64,000 bases of DNA, taken from contig CALKWM010000009.1 in the NCBI GenBank assembly GCA_938004065.1, positions 3,330-67,329 of the forward strand, in the 5' to 3' direction. The translations under genes were made by a program, and so were the position numbers. The DNA is from an uncultured bacterium (GTDB lineage: Bacteria > Patescibacteriota > JAHJAL01). The number at the start of each line of letters is the position of its first letter. Within the stretch, counting starts at the first letter, position 1. The notes under the pieces were generated by a model. That model did no database searches, was not told the DNA's origin, and worked only from the letters and a program-made list of their open reading frames with translations. Positions 1 through 7,519 of the stretch are shown in pieces.

Positions 1-2236
1 AACGGTTACCGGAATTGTGACTACATATCCGGGAAACCCCATCAATATTGATGATGATTTTGTCGGATCATTTACTGCAGGTGGAGCCGCTCCAGCGATC
101 ACAGTGATAAGCGTAGCCGGAGATTCAACCGCCCCGTATGTCGATACTACCGATGATGGTTATACATTGGTAGAATACACCACCTCTCCTTTAGCGATTG
201 AATGCCATTGGGATACGATTGACACTGATTATGATACTATGGCAAATACATGTTTGTCAGTTACTCAGTGTGTTTTAAATCTTACTGGTGAAGGCGGTAA
301 AACCATTTATATGCGATGTGATGATGGTGCTGGACATAAAGCAACCACTTCTTATGTGCTAAATTACACAATCCAGGTGGCATCTGGACCACCCCCATCG
401 AGCGGTCCCCCAATTATTCCTCCTCCCACGTGTACACCACTATTGCCGGAAACCCGTGTTTTACCATGTCCCACCGGACAAACTGGTATGATAGTGGAAC
501 GCAGGATATCTTCCTGCCCTGGACCGTTGTGGGGATCATGGTCAATTGTGTCAAATACTTGTACAACCACACCTCCGGTTGAACCACCAGTGGAGCCACC
601 GGTAGAACCACCGGTAACTCCTCCCCCACCCAGTACAGAAATTGTTAAACATTATATTCCAATTATCGGGTGGACATTTCCAAATTCACTGGTAACGACT
701 GAGAACGATATCGATAATCAGTCAAACTACTCCGGTTTGGACGGATTGTTTGAAAGTATGATGCTGTTTCCTGAAAATCTCGGCGATATCGATACCTTGA
801 TTAGATCTTACTTTGCTGATTTGGGTATTCGCACTCGCGATGTCAATATCGCAATCGATCAAGACTCCATAAAACGAGGGGATACCGTCTACGTATTATT
901 GCCACCTACCCTTAAGCTTTCCAGTAGCGAAGTTTATCAAGGTGAGGAGATGAATTTCAAAGGCACGTCAGCCCCCAATATCGAGATAAATATTTATATA
1001 TTCAATGACAACGATTATCGATTATATACGGTTTACTCAGATGACTACGGTTTTTGGCAATATGACTTCCCGGTTGATTTACCAACCGGAGAATATTTCG
1101 TTTATGCGGTTGGTGGTAATCAGTATGGGTACATCAGTATCCCAAGTGAAATGCAAAATTTTTCTATCTATAAACAGATTGTACCGAGTGGGATATCGGA
1201 AGTGATTCCCCTGCAAAGATATCAACAGATACTGGAAAGTGACGATGTTTCAGGGTTGATGGAAAATGTTGCGCAGATTAATTTCTGGTTTGCTTTGAGT
1301 TTGATTGGCCTATCTTTGTTCGGGTTGATTTTTGAGATATTTAGCTTTTTCTTGTTTTTATTTAATAACATTACTTCATGGTTAGGTATGGTACCGGCAC
1401 GCGATCCTTGGGGTGTGGTGTATGATAGCGAAACCAAAGAGCCGGTTGATTTGGCGATAGTACGTTTGTACGAAGCAAAAACGAAAAAATATTTACAAAG
1501 CAAGGTAACGGGCAAAGATGGGCGTTATAGTTTTATCGTCAAAAAAGGCAAATACTTAATTCAGGTTACAAAACATAACTATACATTCCCGGCACAAGGT
1601 AATTTTGGTGAGTATGATGGCCGTTACACCAATCTGTATTTTGGTGGTATTTTTGAAATTGGTGATGATAATGAATCGGTTGATTTGAACATCCCGATTA
1701 CTCCGAAAGAATCAATCAGACAGTCAATTTTGATAGAAAAAAAATACCATATAAAAATGTTTCGATACTATCTCGGTAAATTTTCTTTTCCGGTACTTTT
1801 GATCGGTTTTGTTTTGAGTGTACTGGTAATGATAATGTTTCCCGGGTGGTTAAATGCCTTGGTTACCCTTTCATATGTAGTGGCAATAGTATTTCATTTC
1901 TATAAATCGTCAACTTCGCTAAAGCCATGGGGAATGATCTATGACTCCAGAACAGGCGATCCGGTGCCTATGGCAATCGTGAAAATAATCGAGCCGGAGT
2001 ATGAACGAGTTTTGGAAACCAAACTAACTGATTTTGCCGGCCGATTTTCATTTTTAACCGTACCCGGCAAATACAGAATAGTTGTGGAAAAAGACGGATA
2101 CGAATTCCCCACCAATTCTTGCGAATTGGTGGCAAAAGGCAAAAAGATTGACTGGTATTGCGGACAGAAATTCGAAATCAAAGACATGAAACAATCTTTT
2201 ATTGATTTTGATATACCTATTGATTTAAGAAATTAA
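1..2236 (+). CDS. Large membrane-anchored surface protein, 5'-partial (Pro-rich linker, Ig-like domain, TM helices, two carboxypeptidase-regulatory-like domains)
   Basis: Frame is open from nt 2, so the start probably lies upstream. PPVE repeats, Ig-like segment (SDDYGFWQY), hydrophobic helices, and two 'WG(V/M)(V/I)YDS.T..PV..AIV......T...GR(Y/F)SF' repeats. Confidence 0.75.
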   Translation, partial: TVTGIVTTYPGNPINIDDDFVGSFTAGGAAPAITVISVAGDSTAPYVDTTDDGYTLVEYTTSPLAIECHWDTIDTDYDTMANTCLSVTQCVLNLTGEGGKTIYMRCDDGAGHKATTSYVLNYTIQVASGPPPSSGPPIIPPPTCTPLLPETRVLPCPTGQTGMIVERRISSCPGPLWGSWSIVSNTCTTTPPVEPPVEPPVEPPVTPPPPSTEIVKHYIPIIGWTFPNSLVTTENDIDNQSNYSGLDGLFESMMLFPENLGDIDTLIRSYFADLGIRTRDVNIAIDQDSIKRGDTVYVLLPPTLKLSSSEVYQGEEMNFKGTSAPNIEINIYIFNDNDYRLYTVYSDDYGFWQYDFPVDLPTGEYFVYAVGGNQYGYISIPSEMQNFSIYKQIVPSGISEVIPLQRYQQILESDDVSGLMENVAQINFWFALSLIGLSLFGLIFEIFSFFLFLFNNITSWLGMVPARDPWGVVYDSETKEPVDLAIVRLYEAKTKKYLQSKVTGKDGRYSFIVKKGKYLIQVTKHNYTFPAQGNFGEYDGRYTNLYFGGIFEIGDDNESVDLNIPITPKESIRQSILIEKKYHIKMFRYYLGKFSFPVLLIGFVLSVLVMIMFPGWLNALVTLSYVVAIVFHFYKSSTSLKPWGMIYDSRTGDPVPMAIVKIIEPEYERVLETKLTDFAGRFSFLTVPGKYRIVVEKDGYEFPTNSCELVAKGKKIDWYCGQKFEIKDMKQSFIDFDIPIDLRN
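571..630 (+). repeat. Coding tandem repeat (PPVE)x3 in a Pro-rich linker
   Basis: 12-nt degenerate units such as CCGGTTGAACCA, CCAGTGGAGCCA, CCGGTAGAACCA. Confidence 0.85.
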
Positions 2237-2237
2237 T

Positions 2238-2346
2238 GAGTTGTGCTAATTAGAAAAACAAAATATGGTTTGGATGGATCCCCGATCAAGAAGCGTTTCA
2301 CTTTCTTGTCGAGGATGACAGATAAAAAAATAAACTAGCACAACTT
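2238..2346. mobile_element. MITE-like element copy 1 (terminal inverted repeats around a GGATC..GGATGACA palindrome)
   Basis: Left end GAGTTGTGCTAATT and right end AACTAGCACAACTT are 12/14 complementary. Related units at 27410 and 40373. Confidence 0.55.
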
Positions 2347-2395
2347 ATAAATTAAAAAAACATATAATAATTCCCCCTTAAAATAGTAAAGGGGA

Positions 2396-2890
2396 TTATT
2401 TTTCCAGATCAATTTTTGGATGCTGACGTTTAAAGAATAAATTTATCAGATAGATGAAAACAATAGCAATAAGCCAGCCAAATAATGATTCCATAAGAGC
2501 AAAATGTAAAATGTAGGACAGCGTGTTTTCCAGTTGAAAATTTAAATGCAGAAACGTAAATGCACAATTATATACCAGAAATGCAAAGAGAAGATAACTA
2601 AAACTTAAGACGTGAGAAACGTGTCTTTTTTTAATATAGAGAATTACTAAAAATAAAATGATTTGCAACAGACCGATAGCCAAGAAATCATTTGCAGAGT
2701 ATAAAAAATTCAGTAGAATGGTCAAAATCAAGATTATCGCTGATTGAGAAAAAGGCAAAGCATAGGTGCCGGCCACCAGATAAGAAAGGGTCAATGGCAG
2801 AACCATGCTTGAAATATTTATATTATATGGAAAAGCGGTTTGGACAAAAAATAGTATCGGGACGAAAAAATACACTAAAAATATTTTCAT
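2396..2890 (-). CDS. Multi-pass membrane protein, possibly MreD-like
   Basis: About 164 aa, about 5 TM helices; N-terminal 'ILFFVQTAF...PLTLSYLVA' resembles MreD. No mreBC adjacent. ATG at 2890 preferred. Confidence 0.45.
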   Translation of the reverse strand: MKIFLVYFFVPILFFVQTAFPYNINISSMVLPLTLSYLVAGTYALPFSQSAIILILTILLNFLYSANDFLAIGLLQIILFLVILYIKKRHVSHVLSFSYLLFAFLVYNCAFTFLHLNFQLENTLSYILHFALMESLFGWLIAIVFIYLINLFFKRQHPKIDLEK

Positions 2891-2970
2891 AAAAATCTTG
2901 GTAAAAAAATAGGCGGAAAAATATTTTCTCCGCCTTTTTTGATAGTTGATGAACAAAAAAAATTAAATTT

Positions 2971-3819
2971 TTATCGAAGACGACCGCTGATTACCTTGAG
3001 GGACTTGCGCTCAACAGACAATTCAGCCGGGGTGCGAGCGATTACTTCATTGTTGGACCAGAAGAAAAGAGGTTTCTCGCTACGAATTTCAAATTCTTGA
3101 AGGTGAAAAAGACTGATGTTTTTTGATTGCATTTCTTTGACATTGCTGTTAAGGGAAAAAAGCACATCACCCGATCCAAGCTGATCACTAAAACCCAGAT
3201 GCAAACATTCATCTATCATGCTTTGGCGGATAGATTCGATGTTGTTGCCAAATGGACGTAAATTGGTAACCACCAAACCGGAAATAGTAGCTTCTACTTG
3301 ATACTGATCGCGAACATTGACCGTGATCTGGTTTTTCTTGTCTTCGTCAATTTTCGGTTTGGAGGATAACAATTTGGAAAAGATTGATTGTTGTTTTATT
3401 TCCGGCGGCATGTCCGGAGATTGATTGGCCAGTAGTTCGGTTATGAAAAATTTATTGTTAATCACTCCGGTATCCATCAGCAATACTCGGCGAGCGGCAA
3501 GAATTTCCAGAGAGTTTTTCCAATTTCCCAATCCAAGTGAGTTTACCAGCAAACTATCCTCCAGGGGCAAGATACCTAGTGCGATTTTTGAATTTACTAA
3601 ATTGATAGCCACTTTATTGGCAAGAACTTCTCCGCCAACGGCAACAATTGTACTAAATCCTTTGTCGATCGCCCCCTTGACTTTATCTTCGACGTCGGCC
3701 AGATTGTCGATAAAATCAAACTCGCCCAGGATGTCAAAACTGACGAGAATTTCCGTAGCTTTTTGTTCGATTTTATCAAATTCTTTGCGTTTGCTATTGT
3801 CAACCAGATAGTAATACAT
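2971..3819 (-). CDS. Diacylglycerol/lipid kinase family protein (YegS-like), degenerate GGDGT motif
   Basis: IVAVGGE, LGILPL, MDTGVIN...F and C-terminal 'TPAELSV...LKVI' match the DAGK fold. Confidence 0.75.
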   Translation of the reverse strand: MYYYLVDNSKRKEFDKIEQKATEILVSFDILGEFDFIDNLADVEDKVKGAIDKGFSTIVAVGGEVLANKVAINLVNSKIALGILPLEDSLLVNSLGLGNWKNSLEILAARRVLLMDTGVINNKFFITELLANQSPDMPPEIKQQSIFSKLLSSKPKIDEDKKNQITVNVRDQYQVEATISGLVVTNLRPFGNNIESIRQSMIDECLHLGFSDQLGSGDVLFSLNSNVKEMQSKNISLFHLQEFEIRSEKPLFFWSNNEVIARTPAELSVERKSLKVISGRLR

Positions 3820-3833
3820 ATGTTTAGTATTGG

Positions 3834-4199
3834 TTATATTTCGTAAATTGGTTCGTATTGATCGATTTTGGAATCGAGTTTCTCACGTTGCTTTTTTGAT
3901 GTGCCGATAAATGCCGCTCCTTCGTCTATAATTAGACAACTGGAAGTTAGATCGCCCAGTAGTTTAGCGGTTTTGGTTAAGTGAATCTTTTTGGCGGTAA
4001 CTTCACCTTCATGAGTTCCGGACAAATTATAATCAATACATTCTATAACACCTTTTACAACACCTTTATCGTCAATATCAACATTTTTATCGGTATAAAC
4101 CGATCCTTCGATGCGACCGGAAAGGTATATCGAAGCTTGAGTTTTGATTTCTCCCGAGATAGTGGCATTTTGACCAATTAAGATATCCTGCCAATCCAT
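3834..4199 (-). CDS. Bactofilin (polymer-forming cytoskeletal protein)
   Basis: 'LIGQNATISGEI...IYLSGRIEGSV...GDLTSSCLIIDEGAAFIG' beta-helix pattern. Confidence 0.9.
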   Translation of the reverse strand: MDWQDILIGQNATISGEIKTQASIYLSGRIEGSVYTDKNVDIDDKGVVKGVIECIDYNLSGTHEGEVTAKKIHLTKTAKLLGDLTSSCLIIDEGAAFIGTSKKQREKLDSKIDQYEPIYEI

Positions 4200-4350
4200 A
4201 AATTTTTATTTATTTAATTTGGCTTTATTATACTACGCTTGAAGAATTATTCTCAAATATACGGGACAAATATTGACGTAAAGATAATTATAGACAATAT
4301 TGTGATTTTACTGGTATAATCCGTGACGAATCAAAGTATCGGATAATATT

Positions 4351-4674
4351 ATGAAAAAAATCAATTTAAATGTTTTGCTGGCTATCAATTTATTTGTATC
4401 CTGGTTATTGTACCTGTCAAACAATATGAGTTTTTCAGGTTTAAAATGGATAACTTTACTCAGTCTGGCAATTTTTTTGATGAAAAGAACAAAACTCATC
4501 ATCTTGGTTTTGATATTTTTAACACTTTTTTTGCCGATAGTAGCTTATCTTGAGCAGGACTTTTGGATATATTGGGGATATAGTATGTTTATCTTGATGA
4601 TAGTTTTTTGGTTTGGTTTAATGTTTAAATCACATGATAAAGAAGAAATATATCAGGGAAATAGCGGTAAGTAA
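4351..4674 (+). CDS. Hypothetical membrane protein
   Basis: 107 aa, 3-4 hydrophobic helices; overlaps the queG start. Confidence 0.6.
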   Translation: MKKINLNVLLAINLFVSWLLYLSNNMSFSGLKWITLLSLAIFLMKRTKLIILVLIFLTLFLPIVAYLEQDFWIYWGYSMFILMIVFWFGLMFKSHDKEEIYQGNSGK

Positions 4675-5638
4675 TGGTTTTGATTTGTGCGCGGTTATTC
4701 GTCCGGGTTTAGTTGAAGGATTTGATATATTTGCACAATGGTTGCAGGATGGTTGTCATGCCGATATGAAATGGCTGGAAAAAAATTTGGACAAGAGATG
4801 CGATACCAAAATGATAATGGAGGATTGCCAATCAATAATCGTGTTAGGAGTATCGTATTTTAATGGTGATAATATCAATGATGGAAACAACGCGATCATT
4901 GCCCGTTATGCGTGGGGTGATGATTATCATGATGTTTTGCAGAAGAAATTAAAAATAATAATTGAAAAAATAAAAAATATTTATACAAAAAATTCCCCCG
5001 TAGGGGCGATCCCTCGCGGTCGCCCGAATCTCGTTTCCACAAAGGGCGACCGTAAAGGTCGCCCGTACGACCCGAATTCCAATTTCAAATTTTATACCGA
5101 TACCGGACCGATATTGGAGAAAAATTTGGGGGCGATGGCCGGATTGGGTTGGATCGGGAAAAATAGTTTGCTTATCAATCATCAAATCGGTTCGTATTTT
5201 TTTATGGCAACGATTTTCACCAATTTGCAAATAGATGAATTTACCGAAGAAAGTATGGGCGGTTGTGGCACCTGCCGTAAATGTATTGATGCTTGTCCAA
5301 CCGGAGCTATCAGAGAAGATCGCACGATTGATTGCCGGAAATGCATTTCCTATCACACTATCGAAAACAAGGGTCAAATACCGCCGAAGATTAAAGATAA
5401 AATAAACAATCGAATATTCGGTTGTGATATTTGTCAGGAAGTCTGTCCCTGGAATCGGTTTGCCAAACAAACGAGATTGTCGGAATTCGAGACAAAAAAT
5501 AACCGTGATAAATTAACTATGGAACAGATTAGAAATATAGACCGAGAGGAATATCAGCGATTATTTAAAAATTCCGCGGTCAAGCGGGCGAAGTTTGAGG
5601 GTTTGAAGAGGAATGCGGGGGGAGGGACACTATCTTGA
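4634..5638 (+). CDS. queG: tRNA epoxyqueuosine(34) reductase QueG, carrying an in-frame REP insert
   Basis: IARYAWGDDYH, DTGPILE, GLGWIGKN, CGTCRKCIDACPTGA, CISYHTIE, FGCDICQEVCPWN. Confidence 0.95.
   Translation: MIKKKYIREIAVSNGFDLCAVIRPGLVEGFDIFAQWLQDGCHADMKWLEKNLDKRCDTKMIMEDCQSIIVLGVSYFNGDNINDGNNAIIARYAWGDDYHDVLQKKLKIIIEKIKNIYTKNSPVGAIPRGRPNLVSTKGDRKGRPYDPNSNFKFYTDTGPILEKNLGAMAGLGWIGKNSLLINHQIGSYFFMATIFTNLQIDEFTEESMGGCGTCRKCIDACPTGAIREDRTIDCRKCISYHTIENKGQIPPKIKDKINNRIFGCDICQEVCPWNRFAKQTRLSEFETKNNRDKLTMEQIRNIDREEYQRLFKNSAVKRAKFEGLKRNAGGGTLS
5000..5068. repeat. REP doublet (REPIN-like) inside queG
   Basis: GTAG-GGGCGATC..GGTCGCCC followed by an inverted copy GGGCGACC-GTAAA-GGTCGCCC-GTAC; related palindromes are intergenic at 17237 and 61679. 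Confidence 0.9.
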
Positions 5639-5712
5639 TAAATTGTTAAATTGTTGTATAAATTGCCTTCCAGCCGATTTGTTGATGATTATTGAAATAA
5701 TGTAATATTGTT

Positions 5713-5745
5713 AAAAACACCATCTCCAAATAAATGGTGTGTTTT
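5713..5745. terminator. Probable bidirectional terminator
   Basis: AAAACACCAT / ATGGTGTGTTTT hairpin between convergent genes. Confidence 0.5.
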
Positions 5746-5764
5746 GTTTTGGTACTGTTGAATA

Positions 5765-6997
5765 TCATTTTTCACTTATTTCCTGCCAGAAACTGATACT
5801 AACCAAAATCAACATCAACATGGCGCTCATCAAGGTGGCGGAAACGAAAGTAGATAAATCTTGATGAAAATTTGTATAAATGACTACCTGGGAGACGGCG
5901 GAAATTAATAGAGTGAAAGCAAATCCCCAACCTTTTTGTGACAGTAAATAATTGACCAATAATTGCACAATGCCGATGATACCGATGGCCAAACCAACCA
6001 GTCCCAGTAAAATGCCTGGATTGTGAAAATTGGTACCAAACAAAATGCTGAAGATCAATCCCGGGAAAGAAAAATACATCACAACTGCGATACCAACAAT
6101 GGCGATAACCATCAGTAAAGCGTTTTTGGTAAGAGCTATTCTCTTGTTGCGATTGGTGATCTGGCTAGTGAACGGGAACATGGCCATGGCGATGCTAAAC
6201 GGTGCAAAGTAAACGATTTTACCCAATGTAGAAAGGGCGGTGTAGAGACCGGCGTCGTAGCTGTTTAAATATTTGTTGGCCATCAAAACATCGATGCTGA
6301 TAAAAAAGAGGATGCCGATCGTACCGACAAACATTCTAAGCGATTCGTTAATAATGTGTTTTTTGGATAATTTTAAATCTATTTTTTTTACGGTAACCGG
6401 TTTGATGTTTGTACGAATGTAAAATATCGTGATCAAAAAAGCGGTCAAAAGCGACAGAGTAATGCTGGCAATGGTGAAATTGGCCAAGTGTAAATAGTAG
6501 CCGATAGCCACACCGAGCAATAATTTGGCAACACCTTCGATAATCAACGACAAGGACAGATCGGAAAAAGCGAACATTCCTTGCATCAGTCCCCTATTCC
6601 AGGCCAGGTGAAAGAGAAATAGCAGTGAAAATGAAAGAATAACGATCCCCAAATAGCCATCGAGATGAAAATAATCTACAAAAAACACAGAGGAGATTAA
6701 AAATACAACAAATGTTGCCAAACCAAAGAAATTGATATATTTGGTGGTGCGATGGTAGAGGGCAGATATCTTGTCGCAGTCATTGTCAAAGGTGGCGGTC
6801 AATTTGGCCATAGTGAATTGCAGGGCCGATAGCGGAGTGGACATGATGAGATAGACCGAAAGCAATGCGCCCAGCATGGCGTATTCAGCAGGGACCAGTA
6901 TGCGGCCCAATGCCAAATGGAAAAAATACGCACCGGCGTTGCCGATCATAGAACCGACGAATAGGATGGCAGAGGATTTTATGAAGTTTTGTTTCAA
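5765..6997 (-). CDS. Oligosaccharide flippase (Wzx/MOP family)
   Basis: About 12 TM helices; 'GRIL.PAEYA.LGALLS', 'RGLMQG..F', 'ID.LM...Y....AGLY.A.STLGK'. Confidence 0.85.
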   Translation of the reverse strand: MKQNFIKSSAILFVGSMIGNAGAYFFHLALGRILVPAEYAMLGALLSVYLIMSTPLSALQFTMAKLTATFDNDCDKISALYHRTTKYINFFGLATFVVFLISSVFFVDYFHLDGYLGIVILSFSLLFLFHLAWNRGLMQGMFAFSDLSLSLIIEGVAKLLLGVAIGYYLHLANFTIASITLSLLTAFLITIFYIRTNIKPVTVKKIDLKLSKKHIINESLRMFVGTIGILFFISIDVLMANKYLNSYDAGLYTALSTLGKIVYFAPFSIAMAMFPFTSQITNRNKRIALTKNALLMVIAIVGIAVVMYFSFPGLIFSILFGTNFHNPGILLGLVGLAIGIIGIVQLLVNYLLSQKGWGFAFTLLISAVSQVVIYTNFHQDLSTFVSATLMSAMLMLILVSISFWQEISEK

Positions 6998-7056
6998 GAT
7001 TTAATTTATTATTTAAAGTTATTCTATTTTTATCTCCCCCTTAATATAGGGGGAAT

Positions 7057-7392
7057 TTATGATTCACAACCGAAAAACTTAAAGGTATTAGTTTTGAAAT
7101 CATAATATGGAATACCATTTTCACATTTAAATGTCTGGCATTCAATACCATCTGGCATTGGTGAACATATTTTTTTAGTTTTTGGGTAATAAAAATAAAT
7201 AACTAGCGAGACAAGTAGAAGCAGGAATAATAAAAATTTAGTTTTAATATTGAATTTAAAAAAAATAAAAAACAGAAGGGCTGCCATCAAAATAATAAAT
7301 ATAAAATCAAAGAAAAATACTACTCTTGTAGAAAATAATAAACACGCTAATACAATAAAAACAGTGACTGTAATCCAATTAAATTTAAACAT
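7057..7392 (-). CDS. Hypothetical membrane protein with Cys-containing C-terminal domain
   Basis: Three hydrophobic helices, then a Cys-containing tail. The upstream in-frame extension runs through a repeat, so ATG 7392 is preferred. Confidence 0.55.
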   Translation of the reverse strand: MFKFNWITVTVFIVLACLLFSTRVVFFFDFIFIILMAALLFFIFFKFNIKTKFLLFLLLLVSLVIYFYYPKTKKICSPMPDGIECQTFKCENGIPYYDFKTNTFKFFGCES

Positions 7393-7407
7393 ATGAAATA
7401 ATTTTCT

Positions 7408-7476
7408 GGATCCCCGATCCCGCATTCGCTGGACAAGTTATCGGAACGCGATGACGCTTCCGATTCGAGGATGACA
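7408..7476. repeat. GGATC..GGATGACA family palindrome
   Basis: GGATCCCCGATC ... TCGAGGATGACA with an inner hairpin ATCGGAACGCG/CGCTTCCGAT. Confidence 0.75.
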
Positions 7477-7519
7477 GTATAAAATATTATTTTATAAAAC
7501 TCATTCTTATTTTAACTTA

